From Camelus ferus (Eukaryota), in contig NC_045696.1 of the NCBI RefSeq assembly GCF_009834535.1, forward strand, positions 16,432,001 through 16,496,000: a DNA stretch of 64,000 nt, given 5' to 3'. The position numbers were made by a program, and so were the translations under genes. The notes beneath the pieces are model-generated. The model worked only from the letters and a program-made list of their open reading frames with translations. It ran no database searches and was not told the DNA's origin. This document shows positions 39,148 to 52,852 of the stretch, in pieces (positions within the stretch are counted from its first letter, which is position 1; every line of letters begins with the position of its first letter).

Positions 39148-40894
39148 CTAACAATGTCTTCTGTAAGTCAGCCTTACTTTGAAGCTTCAATATCTCTCTA
39201 TGCCAATCTCATTGCTAAGGGCTCATTTTTCATTATTATCTCCTTTGATTCTACATATGAAGGCACTGAGGGTCTGAATGAGGTCCAATAAATTGCCCCA
39301 GGACACCCAGCTGGTCAATGACAGAACTGAGACACGATTCCGGGTCTGTCTGCATCTGAAGCCTTTACTCTACAGTGCTGCCATGTCCCCTCCACTCTTG
39401 TAACCAACCGTCTTTCCAAGTCAATCAATCTACTGCCACGTCAGTCCTGATGGCACCACTGTATTTGCTGTGGGGTTATAATAACTGTTTAACAGATCCA
39501 TATTTTATTTCCTTTTAGGTGGTTTTGATTCTTTTTAACATAAACAATTTTTTAGCATCATAAATTTTTTTTAACATCATAAAGAAAGCATAACATCATG
39601 AAGATGTTTTTAATATCATGAAGATGCACATTCTTATATATTTGTACTTCCATCTGATTATTTCCTTAGGGTGGTTGGTGGTAAAAGTCAGAAGTTTCTG
39701 ATTCATATGACCAAATTGGCCACAGTAATCTTTGAGTTTCTGGTGGTGGATTCTATTACCTGCCTGTTTGCCAAAAGAGTATGTTTGTGCCACATTGTGC
39801 CAACGAAGAAAAACGACATGAAAATACTCTTTGCGTTTTCGTTAATTTGTCTTGGAGTACAGAAAAAAATACCGACTCTCCTGCAGCCCTTCTCCTTTGG
39901 ACCTAGTTCTCAAGCCATTCTTTCAAAGTAGAGAATTTAGTGTGTACTCCAACTTAAGGCAGATGAATAGGAGGACGTGTAGCAAAAACAGGCTGCTTAT
40001 GATTTATTTAGTGTTTACTGTGTATCCTGAACACATTTTTCTCTAATGTATCTGTATAAACCTTCAAAAAAAATTTTGTTTCATAATCAACTTCCTAATG
40101 CCGATGAAATTCCATACCTAAAATAGCTTTTCTTACCAGCATCTCAACTGCATTTTTCATCTTTAAGATCACTGGGAAGGGGCTGGAGAACATGAATAAA
40201 CTTGACCTACTTTGCTACAGAAATAATGAGATGGAGAGACGAGAGACAGACTAATGCCTTTTTGCTCCCAGAGATTTAGGAATTTCGCTGTGTTCTTAGA
40301 TCTGCCCCCTTCACCCCAGGTGGATGGTCTTAGTCTTTCTGGAATGCTCTTTTTGGCCCTGATGAAAAGTAGCTGACTGGGAGAGCAGCAGCAGATGAAC
40401 ACTTAGTTTCACAACTGATAACAGTAAGTGAAAACATTCTGTCCACCACACCAGGCAAGATTTATGTTTCTCTGGAGAAGTCAAGAAAGGGCATATTTTC
40501 TCATGCACTAGCCTTGAAAACCCTCTCCCTGTTTCTCTGATTCTTGGGGCTTGCCTTGTGCCTTAGTGATGTGAGTGCTCCTCGGAATGGGAACAGTTCT
40601 CAAAAAAATATTTTTTTTCCTGGGAGTGTGATATGACGAAGGGCTGTTGATCCCCTGCTGTGCTAGGAATCCTTGCAGGGACAGAAGTTCAAGTGCCTGT
40701 CTGCTGGCTTGGAGCCAGTGAACACAATGGCAGGGAACTTTGGTGGAGAGTTTGGAAAGGCGCCGTGGGGTGGACGCAGTTTAACAAGCAGGATACGGGG
40801 TTAGAGCCCATGGCGGAAATGGCCATGCTTGTCTTTCCTTCCTAGGGTAGGGCCTAGACATCCTGGGGTGCTGAAAGGCAAAAGTGGCGATACA

Positions 40895-40983
40895 GGGGGA
40901 GGGGGATGGCTCAGTGGTAGGGCAAGTGCTTAGCATGCTTAAGGGCCTGGGTTCAATCCCCAGTACCTCCACGAAAAAAAAAA
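40895..40983 (+). mobile_element. tRNA-derived SINE (vic-1 type)
   Basis: TGGCTCAGTGGTAG...GGGTTCAATCCCCAGTACCTCC plus A-tail. Confidence 0.85.
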
Positions 40984-41297
40984 GTGGAGGTACATTGGCC
41001 ATTCCAGAAACTACATTTCCCCCACCAAAGTCACTTTTAGATATGCCACCAAAAACCTTTGAAACTTTGACTCCTCATATACTGAAAATGGGACTGAGGT
41101 ATGTGATTTTAAAGGCATTTCCAACTATAAAACTAGATTAATCTTGACGTTTGAGTCTTCAAATTTGGAAACAAAGAATAAGCAAGTCTTCTAATAGTAA
41201 TACTGTATTATATTGCCGCTGGGAAGTCACCAGTATGACAAGCAACCTCTACTCAACTAGTCCAGATTTTCACTTTCTCCTCCTGTCCCAGCTGTTG

Positions 41298-41326
41298 AAC
41301 ACACACACACACACACACACACACAC
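41298..41326. repeat. (CA)n microsatellite
   Basis: Perfect AC run. Confidence 0.9.
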
Positions 41327-42773
41327 TTATACACAGTCTTCCTCTCCCTCTCATGAACTATTGAAAGTATATTTAACTTTACCCTAGTAAGTCAAGAATG
41401 TTAGAATAGAAAGGGACACAGGGAGACATAAGAAAGAGAGGCCTTGATTGTGGCATTTGAGTTGGGGTTTATAAGACCATCTGTTTCTTTTCTTCTCTCT
41501 TCTGGTCACTTTTCCCTTTTCTGCACTCCCGTCCCTCCTTTCTGCATTCAAAATCTCCAACCTGTTGACTGAGATTCTTAATTAAGAAAAAGCTCCTGGT
41601 ATTTAGCTGAATCTTTCCACTGCGTTTTTCAATGAGAAGAGCTTTGGCTTTGGTCTAACTTGACCACAGTCCTTGTCAATAGTTTAGAATTAAAGAGAAT
41701 TTTGCTTTCTGAGGTCAGGGCGCCTCTGAAAACACCCAAAAATAATGTCTCAGCTGGTTCTTGGACCCATTCTAATAGGTCCAAGTTTTCTGTCTCTTCT
41801 GCTGGTAAGGGAAGAAGTGATGGGAATAATAATGACAGCTTTGTGGTACTGGAAGTCTCTCCAGTTTTAACCTCAAAAGTTTAGTCAAGTGTAGCTTGTT
41901 TTCATGTAATAAAATGTCATTATTCTAAAAAAATACACACTGAAAAATTAGGAGTGAAATGTCATAATATCTGTAGTTTATATTAAAATGGCTAATAATG
42001 TTACAATAACTATGTATAGGGACAGATGGCTACCAGACTTCCTGTGGTGATCATTTCATAATGTGTGCACATGCCAAATCACTGTATAGTACACCTGAAA
42101 CTCACATAATGTCATACATCGACTATATTCCAATTTAAAAACATAATGAAAGAAAATATTTCATTAAAACATGGAAGAAGCAAAATGTGGCAAACTGCTA
42201 ACCTAGGTAGTGTGTATCTGGCATTTGTTATACTATATTTCCTTTTCTGTATGGCTGAAACGTTTCACACAAATTTCCTACACATTTAAGAATTTCACAC
42301 ACATAAAGAAAAGTGAATGAAAAATTTAATCTCATCTTCATAACTAAGAAGCAAAAGCCTTGAATTAATTTGGTACCCTCTCCCCCTATGCTAACTTGCT
42401 GGATTTTTCAAATAGTAACATAGATAAAAAAATCTCTCTGCTTGTACTGGCTCCACTTACCCACTGGATCCAAGAGAAGAAATCCTTCTCAAAACAAGTT
42501 GAATTTTACAGAGACTTTGACTGCGGGTTGGAAGGCCAAATTCACTGGGGGAGAAAAACAGAAACTTCAGTCGTTTTATCTTGTTCTCTCCAAGTAATTC
42601 TAACACCCCTGCTGTTCTCTGGGGGAGAAGAGCAAAGGAAAGAAAGAGGAGGCAGGACAGCAAGATGACACTTCACCGGGAGATTCACTTGCTTAGAAGA
42701 AAATAAAATTAACCTTTCCCCAAAAAACAAAACACACCCAATTCTAAGTTTAAAAAATAATATTGATGACTTT

Positions 42774-42869
42774 CTCCTTTGATGGAGGTACTGGGGGTTG
42801 AACCCAGGACCTAATGCATGCTAGGCAACCACTCTATCCCCTGAGCTATACCATCTCCCTAACCCCAAG
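42774..42869 (-). mobile_element. tRNA-derived SINE (vic-1 type) with 18-bp TSD
   Basis: Reverse-strand A/B boxes; AATAATATTGATGACTTT at 42756-42773 and 42870-42887. Confidence 0.88.
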
Positions 42870-43029
42870 AATAATATTGATGACTTTTAAGAAACTTGGT
42901 GTATTAAATTAGACCTTGAGGGGGAGGGGTGGGGGGGACTTAAAACCCATTTTTAGGGCCTATGCATATTTTTTTCCATTCATATGTTAACTTAATCTTT
43001 TCCAACTGAGTAGAGGATTGTCCTATAAA

Positions 43030-43192
43030 ACAGTGTTTCCAGACTCTAACAGGCATCTGAATTAATAGAGCATCATGTTAAAATGCAGATTCTGATTCAG
43101 TAGGTCTGAGGTGAGGCTGAGAGCCTGCATTCCTAACAAGCTCCCAGGATGATGGTGACGCTGCTGACACCTGGACCACACTGAACAGCGAG
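43030..43192. mobile_element. MER5A-like hAT MITE
   Basis: AAAATGCAGATTCTGATTCAGTAGGTCTGAGGTGAGGCTGAGAGCCTGCATTCCTAACAAGCTCCCAGG. Confidence 0.75.
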
Positions 43193-44424
43193 GCGATATT
43201 TGAAGGTAATTGAATAGCTACATCCTGTACCTGAAAATAACGAGCTGCAGGAGGAAGGAAGCTCCTGCATTTGATTGAGGAAGATAGTTCACCTTATACT
43301 TTCTTACCGTGTAAAATCTGAATATTCTTGGCCCTGAATTCTCAATGGGAGAAGTATTGCCACCAGAGGGAGAAAATTATTTTGTTGGGGGTGAAAAAAG
43401 CCTAAACCGAAATACAGTGTATCAATGGTATTAAAAATGTCATGGGGGGAGGGTCATTAGGAAAATGTCTAAAAAAGCTACTTGGGGAAAGTATAATAAA
43501 AGAAAAGTTTGAGAACCACTGCTCTAAACTATTAAAAAGTCTCACGAAACTGCCAAAAATAAAAACCAGCCAGCCAACCTATTTAATAAATTAAAACTCA
43601 GTCACCAACATTTGGGATATCTGTTATATATCCACCCAGATTCTCAAATTCTCATTGACAAGCACCATAGAAATGTTTTATTCAAGAGGACACTGGGCTG
43701 GGTTGAATTTTCTTGCTTTTTAAGCACCTGAATATTGTAGATTGTAAAGGAAAGGGATGAGGATAAGATACATAATGATTATCAGAAATAATTTATACCA
43801 TCAGGAAAATGAAACTAAATTGAATAAAAAACAATCAGATTGCAAATAAGGGGAAGGTTTAAAACTGGAATCAAGCACACTCCGCCTTTTTGATGTTTCG
43901 AATGTTCTCTGCCCTCTGCATGCATTTCTTTGTACTTTTATGTGTGATTATTTTTCTAAGAATGGGATAATGCGTCCCTTTAGTTGGTATATAGAAAATT
44001 TAAAAATTTAAAAAATGTAGAAAATTTCAAATTTTAAAATTAAAAGATGTGCAATTGCATTTAACTATGGATGTGTGCTAAACTACTTCTGATGCCCAAA
44101 TGTCTGCGCCACCAGCCCAAGGCCACCAGCAAAGAGGCCGAGAGCCTTCTTCTGGGTTGGGGAGCCCAGTGAAGCACGTGCTGTCATCTCCAGGAGAAAC
44201 AGAGTGAGAAATCTTCCAAAGCTGGGCCAGAACCAGTCCCAGGAGGGTCAGAGTTTCATATGCTGAGGCACTCCCAGTAACAACAACAATCTTACTGAGC
44301 GTACCCCATCTAGTGCTAAACACCTTCTATGTACTATCTGCTTTACTTGTCCCCAAGTGCTGTAAGATAGTATAATTACTCCAATTTTTCATATGATTAA
44401 TTGGAAGCATGAGGTGCAAATAAA

Positions 44425-45145
44425 CTTTTTTAACTGAAGTACAGTCAATTACAATGTGTCAATCTCTTTGTACAGCACAATGTCCCAATCACACATATAC
44501 ATACATATATTCATTTTCATATTTTTTCCATTAAAGGTTATTATAAGATATTGAGCATAGTTCCCTGTACTATACAAAAGAAAAAATTTTTAATCTATTT
44601 CTATGTATAATGGCTAACATTTGTAAATCTCAAACTTCCAAATTTATCCCATCCCACTTGCTTTCCCCGGTAACCATAATATAATATTGTTTACTAAGTC
44701 TGCAAGTCTGTTTTGTAAATGAGTTCATAGCATCCTAGTTCTTTTTTTTTTTTTTTTAAGATTCCACATATGAGTGATATCATATGGTATTTTCCTTTCT
44801 CTTTCTGGCTTACTTCACTTAGAATGATGATCTCTAGGTCCATCCATGTTGCTGCAAATGGCATTATTTTATCATTTTTTATGGCAGAGCAGTATTCCAT
44901 TGTATAAATATACTACAACTTCTTTATCCAGTCATCTGTCGATGGACATTTAGGTTGCTTCCATGTCTTGGCCGTTGTATATAGTGGTGCTATGAACATT
45001 GTGCATGAATCTTTTCACATTGGAGTTCCCTTTGGATATATACCCAGAAGTTGGATTGCTGGATCATAAGGTAAGTCTATTTTTAGTTTTCTTGAGGAAT
45101 CTCCATACTGTTTTCTGTAATGACTGCACCAAACTACACTCCCAT
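44425..45145 (-). mobile_element. L1 3' end (young family)
   Basis: Track ORF 44694-44900 MEYCSAIKNDKIMPFAATWMDLEIIILSEVSQKEK is the L1 ORF2 C-terminus, followed by 3'UTR. Confidence 0.9.
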
Positions 45146-45429
45146 GTAATTGAACTGTAATACAAGTCAAGGGCTAGGAACTGGAGAGGAGGGGTTTGAA
45201 CACCAGCACCGTGGTCCCAGAGCACATGCAATCTTCTTTTCTCTTACAGGCAGTGTATGCCGGGTGCATCCAGCTAGTACGGGGCACTTTTGGGTGGTCA
45301 GGACCCAGCCTGTGTCCTCTCTCCAGGGGATGTTAAGGTTGATGGGAAGAGGCAGGCAGCTGTCATGACCAAGGGACTAGGAATAAGGCATCCTTTCAAA
45401 AGGCCAGCCAGATGGGTCAGGAAGTTTTT

Positions 45430-46470
45430 AAAAACAGCATTATTAAAATACAATTCACACACTATATAATTCACCCACTTAAAGTGTAAATTCTACGTTG
45501 TTTAATATACTTAGAGGAATGTGCAACCATTACCATATCTGATTTTAGAATATTTTTGTCCTTCCTAAAGGCAACCTAATACCCATTAGTGGTAACCCTT
45601 CACCCAATTTCCCAACCTCCTTTCCTATTATGAACGTTCAATATAAATTGAATCATACAGTATGTGCTCTTTTGTAATGGCCTTCTTTCACTTGGTCACC
45701 GTGTATTATCTTTTTACATATTATTGGGTTGAATTTGCTAGTATTTTGTTGGGTTTTTTTTTGCATCAATATTCATAAAGGATATTGGTCTGTATTTTTT
45801 TTCTTGTGACATCTTTTTCTGGTTTTGGTGTCAGAGTAATTCTAGCCTCATAAAATGAGTTGGAAAATTTTCCTGCCTCTTTTATCTTTTGGAAGAGTTT
45901 GTAAAAAATTAGTATTGATTCTTCTTCAAATGTTTGGCCAACTTAACCAGTAAAACATCTGAACCTGGTCTTTTATTGGTAGGAAGTTTGAAAATTACTA
46001 ATTTGATTTCTTTACTTGTTATAGGTTTATTTTCTATTTCTTCTGGCATCAGTTTTGGTACTTTGTGTCTTTCTAGGAATTAGTCCATTTCATCTAAGTT
46101 ATTTAATTTGCTGGCACATAGTTGTTCATAGCTTTCCTTATAACCCATTTTATTACTTTGAGGTTGGCAGTAATGCACCCTCTTTCATTCTTGATTTTAG
46201 TAATATGTGTTTTCTCTCTCTTTTTCTTGGTCAGTCTAGTTAAAGGTTTGTCAATTTTGTTTATTTTTTTCAAAGAGCCAATTTTTGGTATTACTGATTT
46301 TCTCTGTTGTTTTTCGGTTCTCTATTTCATTCATCTCTACTTTATTATTGCCTTTTGTTCTGCTAGGTTTGGGTTTAGCACACTCTTCTTATTCTACTTC
46401 CTTAAGGTGCGGCGTTGGCTATTGACCTGAAATCTCATTTAATGTAGACCTTTACAGCTCTAAGTTTAGG
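45430..46470 (-). mobile_element. Old L1M fragments
   Basis: Antisense L1MB-type 3' end followed by T-rich ORF2-like sequence (TTTGCTAGTATTTTGTT...GCCTCATAAAATGAGTTGG). Confidence 0.7.
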
Positions 46471-49059
46471 AAGGAATGTGGGCTACTTTTGGACTGAAGA
46501 AGATGTAATAGTTCGATAGAAACCTACCAGTAAGATTGATTTATAATTTTACATGGATGTTTTTGCTTGGCCTCTGATTCTGTGGCAAACACCCAAAATG
46601 TGCAAGTTAAATGCATCAACTCCAGTGAGCTTTTGTTTTAGTAGTGACAATTATTAAAAAAGTCCATATAATTTTTAATTTTGGCAGGTGATTTATTTGA
46701 TGACAATTGTGAAACATTCCCAAACCTGTCACATGTAATAATCCCATAGTCTGAGAAATTGTTACTGGCATTTGCAAGCGTGGCAGAAATTTAACAAACT
46801 GTCGCCAAACCATTTGCTTGTTTGAATGCCAAGGTTTCCTTCCCCACATCACGTGCAGTGTCCTGCTGCCAACAGTTATCAAAATACTCCCACAGTTGTC
46901 ACAGAGAGAATTGTCCAGGGAGTTACTATTTCATTATTCTTGTCCCTACATTTCATTGCTTTTGCCCCTTCTACTTGGAGAGTTATTTGAATAACCTGAA
47001 TAATGTCAATATAGAGCAGTTAGACATTAAATAATGGATTAAAAAATAAAAATATCTGAGACTTAGCTATAGATATATAGATACACAGCACAGCAACATT
47101 GAGAAGGATGATTTTTCATGCTAAACTCCTTACATGTTCCTAATGTCTAGACTTTTACAGAGAGAGTATGCTGTTTGTGTAATGTAAAACAGTAATAAAA
47201 AATGTAAAAATAGTTGAGACAGAGTCTGGAGGAAAAGTCTAATTAGATCAACTCATTCTAATCAAAGATATGCAACTATGTGGTGTAAGCCTTTATAATG
47301 GGATTTAGAGATAAAGTTCAGTACTTTGAAGCAAAGATTGACAGAAGTTGAAATTATTGGCCCTGAGTTTGCATTTTCCTTGATGACTGACAAATAAATG
47401 TCGTACTTGAACAGGTTAATGCTTGGCCAGGTTAAAAAAGTTCTTGCATCTGAAACACAAAATGTGCAAGATTAGAGGGTCTGACCTTGGACTTTAGTTA
47501 CAAATTCGAAGATGCATGAAAGTGTAGCCTTTTACCACTATGATAATATTTGCAACTATCATCTGGAATAAATATTATTTCTGCTTTGTCTTGTATGTTA
47601 ATGGCTTTGATGGACACGTTGGAAGCACTTACCAATATTTCAAACGATATATCCTTGACCAAGCAATTCCACTGCAAGGAACCTCTGCAGAAATTTGTAC
47701 ACCAGTGCACAGATTTTAGATACATAGATGCTCACTGCTGCAAAGTATCTCAAATATCCTAAGTGTACATCAAAGAAAGCATAGTTATGTACATTATGGT
47801 CCAACTGGCCCAAGGCCACAGGGCTAAGTGGAGATCTGGGATCTAACTCAGGCTTTTTCTCCTCACAATACTGTATTTCATGAGTTGGTCTGCGGGTGAC
47901 GGTGGCTTTGGGTGATCATGACTGAGCCTGTGTGTTCTTCCCAGGATCTGTGAAGATTGGATGCTGGGGAGCAGAGAGAGGGCATGTAAATGTCACAGCC
48001 AAGGCATAAGGGATAAGACAGGGTAAGTCAAGAGTTTAAAATAGCAATCAAGAGTGGAAAAAAGGTTGTGTATAATTAAGAGAGAGCGATTCTGGGGGAC
48101 AGCATTCTGTTTCATCAAAAGGGCATGACCTTAGTTAATTTTCACCTCACCCTGCAGGGACACGAGCCCCCATTCTAAAAAGCTCTGAGTGTGTAGTGAT
48201 CTTTCTCACTCTGAAATAGGACGGGGTGGGGGGAGCGCTGAAGGAGGGGCTTACTTCTGGAGAATGTATTTGTCCTTTTTCATCAAAGACAATCCACATT
48301 AACATGTGTTTGAGGGATTAGTACATCTTTGAAATCCTAAGCAAATGGGAGAATTCTTTCAGTGTTCACAACGCTGTGAAATGAAGGATTTGGTGTGGCT
48401 GCCGTGGGTGGGATGATCCAGAGCATTTTAAAGAACACATGCCAATTTCAGGAGTCCTGGCATTTTTCGCATGCCCTGAGGTTTCCAGTCCTGCCAGATG
48501 CTACACTGGCATTCAGTATGACCTTGAGCCAAACACTAGCCTTTCTGTAGCTCATCTTCTCTATTAAACGAGGTAGAGAGGTATGTGGAATAAATGCTCC
48601 TTACTATCTCTTCAACTTGTGATTCAATTTATAGTTTTCACGACTTAATTATTAGTATTTTAAATAAACATTATTTGCATTTTGGGTCAAAAAGAGTGGA
48701 AAATAAGAATATCCATTTGGGTTAGCAGACTGAGGCCTCAAGAACTCTCAAAGATATGTAAGAAATTATGAAAGAAATCAGTAACAGCGGTACCCCCTGT
48801 GAGGTTTTGGTAAGAACTTGTGAATGGGCCAGAAGCCGGGAGGCAACTTTTCACCATCTACCTTAAGATATTCTTTGATTTTCCAAGCAAGTAGATGTAT
48901 AATGATTTGAAGATGTAAGATTAAAAAGACATACACATTTGAGAAAAAAGAAAACATAGGCTTTGGAGGTCACTCCACATTTAAGTCCCAGGTCATCTTG
49001 TGATCTTGGGAGAGTAACGGTGCTACTGGATTCTAAGTTTCAGTGTTTAGCTTTTCTTC

Positions 49060-49155
49060 TTTTTTGGGGAGTCCTGGGAATTGAACCCAGGACTTCATGC
49101 GTGCTGTGCATGCTCAACGTGCACTCTACCACTGACTGAGCTACACCCACCCTCA
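49060..49155 (-). mobile_element. tRNA-derived SINE (vic-1 type)
   Basis: GAATTGAACCCAGGAC...CACTCTACCACTGACTGAGCTAC; GCTTTTCTTC flanks both sides. Confidence 0.8.
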
Positions 49156-49489
49156 TGCTTTTCTTCCTGAAGAATTCTGTACCCTTGTTCACTGGCTCCC
49201 TGCCGAAGGCATGCATCTCCTGCCGGATGCCACTGGGCTTGGCCGTGGGACTTGGGGGTAGGGGGCTGAGAATCAGGTGGGTGTGAGCAGAAGCTCTGAA
49301 GAGCCAGTGCACTGAGTCGTCCTGTTCTCTTTCCTCTCTGCCATAGAACCGGAAGTCCTCAGTGGGGGCTGCTGCTCCAGCCTGGATTCTGGAATAACAT
49401 TGCAGAGCCACAGAGGGCCTGGAGCTGCTGCCCCTCACACGCGATGTGAGCAAAACCAACTTTCGGGAGTTGTAAACAAGGGTGGTTCT

Positions 49490-50720
49490 TCCCCCTCAAT
49501 TTTGGATTTGGAAAAAAATTGAGAATAAAGTTGAAAGAGTAGTAATCAACACTTGACTTAGCTTCACCAGTTGTTAACATTTTGCCACATTTGTTTAATT
49601 TCTCTTGCTCCCTCTCTATATTTACTGAACCATTTGAGAGTTACTTATAGGCATAATGATCCTTCACCCCTAAATATTTCAAACTTATATGCTAAGAATG
49701 AGGACTTTCTCCTCTATCACCACAATACAATGATCATATCCAAGAAGTACAACATTGATACAATAATATTATTTAGTATACATTTCATATTCAAATTTTT
49801 CTGTCATAATAATACCCTTTGTACATTTTTCCTTCTTTCTGATCCAAGATCCAAGTGAGGGTCATACCCAGGAATTAGCTGTATGTCTCTTTAGTTTCCT
49901 TTAATTTAGAGCAGTTCCCTGAACTTTTTGGGTCCATCTTTCATGAAACTGATATTTTTGAGGAGTTCAGGCCAGCTGTTTGTAGAATGTATCATATTCT
50001 AGATATATCTGAGTTTTCTTCCTCATAATTCTTTAGTTTCAGGGTCAATATTTATGGTAGGAATACTACATGGGTGATGTTTATATCACAACCAGGGGGC
50101 ACACATAATGTCAGATTGTCCCGTTTTGGGTGGTGATACGTTTGCTCACTTTGTTAAGGTGGTATCCACTAGATTTCTCCATCGAAAAGTTTCTTTTATC
50201 CCTTTATGTTTTGTTAGTAATCTGTGGGGTGATATTTAGATACTATGTGAATATCCTAACCCTCAAACTTTCCCCATTGGTTTTAGCCTCCATAGGTGAT
50301 CCCTTCCTGAATTAATCATTTCATTGGTAGTTGCAGTATGGTGGTTCCCCCCATCCTGTTAGTCCTACTCTGTGTATTATCTGGTGTTCTTTTGTAAAGA
50401 AGACTTCCTCTCCACTCTCTACCATCATTCATTCTGAGTATCACTATAGGCTCGTGGATTTTTAACACATCTAATGTTATCATCCTTCATCATTATTCTT
50501 TTTATTTAAACTATTCTAAATCAGTACGCTGGGAGCCCCTTCCAGCTGGATCCTGTGTCCTTGTATTATGTTTTCTTCTGTCTTTGAGTATTTTCTTGCC
50601 TTCTGGCACAGTAAGATGCTCCATACTCACCTTAGATATCTGCTGCCACAGATCTGATTTTTTTTTTTTTTTAACTTGGGAGGGAGACTGAGAGAATGAG
50701 ACTAAGATTTGGGGAGAAGG
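49490..50720 (-). mobile_element. Old L1ME/L1MC-like fragment
   Basis: GTTAACATTTTGCCACATTTG...CCCCTAAATATTTC...CACAATACAATGATCA motifs. Confidence 0.55.
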
Positions 50721-51449
50721 TCCTTTTTTTGGAGAAAAAGGCAAGAATGGAAATTTAGGGTAAGGAAATATTTTGGTGGATTCTTGGCCAAAGCTCTACC
50801 TCAGGTAGGTTTCACAAGCTCTCAAAATCTGAATTTCCTTTCCTACAAAATGAAGATTAGTATGCATATTGTATGAGTAGGTTGTGAGAATTAATAAACC
50901 TGATAGATTGGAATGTTCAATATGTCTGGCACATGTTCAACATTTGTTGAACAACATTATCAACATTATCAACATTATCATTACTGACATCCTTGCAAAC
51001 AAGTTAACTTGTGATGCTTGTGACTTCCAATTGGTACTTCCAATGCAATTTATGATTAAACTAGTTTAAATTTTATGTTCTGAGGCTTTTCTTAAAGATT
51101 GCTCTAAAATGTTCTGAAGGCAACTAGAAAAGGTTAAAAGGGGACAGACTCTAAAATGCCAGTGAAACAAAGACCAGGGATAATTGTACACAAATTTAAG
51201 GCAGAAGCAAAAGATATACACACACATCATAACAGACATCACACAAATATGTCGACGTATGTATATTTCATGTTTTGAAGTAAGATCTTAAATGAGAGGT
51301 GGCCTAGTGAAATGCAGCCTGGGTTGAAATCCAAGCTTGGATACATACACACATTTTTCATTTTATAAGTGAAGATAGCTACACTTTCCCTATGCAGTTG
51401 TTGTGAATGTAAAATTTGGGCTAAGGAGACAGGATCTATCAAGACAGCT

Positions 51450-51765
51450 TTTTTTTTTCCCCTCCAGTTTTATAACTGATTACCACACTGTTTAAGGTAT
51501 ACAGCATAATGATTGACGCATGCATATACTGCAAAATGATTACCACAATAAGTTTAGTTAACATCCATCAACCTCCTGTACTTACAAAAACAAATTTTGT
51601 TTTCCTGGGATGAAAACTTTTAGGATTTCCTCTTTTAGCAACTTTCAAATATACCATACGGCATTGTTAATTACAGTGATTATGTTTACGTTACATCCCC
51701 AGTTCTTATTTATCCTACAACTGTATGTTGGTACCCTACGACCACCTTCCCCCCAATTCCCCCAC
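51450..51765 (-). mobile_element. L1MA-like 3' end
   Basis: ATGATTACCACAATAAGTTTAGTTAACATCCATCA...CTCTTTTAGCAACTTTCAAATATAC. Confidence 0.75.
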
Positions 51766-51806
51766 AAGAGGCAGTCTTAGGGCGGCGTTAGTTCCTTAGC
51801 CATTAC

Positions 51807-51823
51807 CTCCACCTGGTGGCGGT
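51807..51823 (-). promoter_or_regulatory. CTCF-like motif
   Basis: Reverse complement contains CCGCCACCAGGTGGAG (near consensus, quasi-palindromic). Confidence 0.45.
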
Positions 51824-52647
51824 GTATTTCCATTGCGAGTAAAGGAGCTGAGCGGAGGAAAAGGCCGTGGGCGGAATTTGTCAACTTACTGATTTAAGCA
51901 AAGCCAGAGCCATAAGCAACTTTGAGTAACAGCATTTCCATTCGTCACCTATGGAGGGCTCACTTCAATAGCAACAACATCCTAGTAGGACGAAGGAATC
52001 AGACACTGCGCTGGAACTTTTTGCAAGGGCACTCAGTTGAATAACGAATATATACACTGAGCGCCTACTGTGTGCCACGCTGTGTTCTGGGCACTTGGGA
52101 TCCATCAATGAAAAGAGACAAAAATTCCGCCCCGGGATGTCTTCTAACATGCTCTCTATCTCTATCGTATACAAACTAACCTAGATAATTTGGAAAGCCC
52201 TCCACGGATTACAAAGTTTCCTCCAATGTCATGACGCATTTTGAGGTAGGTCCGCATCACTATGGCTAAAAAATGGAGAAGCCGGGCGCAGACCAACCGG
52301 AGAACTCACCCTTGCAAAATCGAATTAAGCCACGACCTAGAAGATGTCATCGGCGGGGCTGGCTGGGCTGACCACGAAGGTAAGAGTAACCCGAAGCCGG
52401 TTTTCCTTAATTTTTCTCTCCAGAAATATTCTTCGCGAGAAGCAAGGGCTTCGCCCAGCCGGCCGGGCTCGAACCCGCGGACGGCGGAGGGTGATGGTGC
52501 GTGACGGGCTCTTTGGGGACGCTTGTCTCCCCGCAGAGCCCTCGGGGTGGCGGACCGGCCGCCCTACCAGGGGCCCGGCACCTCTGGGTCACCCTCCCGG
52601 CTTCAGACACCGGACCTCCCACGACTGACTCTCGGCGGGGTACGAAC

Positions 52648-52663
52648 GCGCCCCCTGGTGGCG
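52648..52663 (-). promoter_or_regulatory. CTCF core motif
   Basis: Reverse complement is CGCCACCAGGGGGCGC, a consensus CTCF core. Confidence 0.65.
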
Positions 52664-52791
52664 GGCGCAGTCAGAGAGCCGGGCCCGGAACGAAACTGTC
52701 GTGCGGAACCCGGGGTGCGTGTTCGGAGTTTCCGGGGAAGAAGCCGGAAAAGGACCTGTGCGCCGCGGTTCCTGCGGCTGCGGGAGAGGAC

Positions 52792-52852
52792 ATGGCCTTG
52801 GGAGTCTGGGGGCTACGGCTCTGGCGGGCCGCCCCCGGCGGGGCTGGCCGGA
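52792..52852 (+). CDS. MRPL39: MRPL39 (mitoribosomal protein mL39) coding exon 1, mitochondrial presequence
   Basis: gacATGG start; MALGVWGLRLWRAAPGGAGR plus A, then GTGAGT donor; phase fits exon 2; lies in a CpG island. Confidence 0.88.

Noticed and set aside
50950..50982. CAACATTAT x3 and other short tandem repeats as a CRISPR-like array
   Set aside because: No spacers; slippage repeats in a eukaryotic genome.
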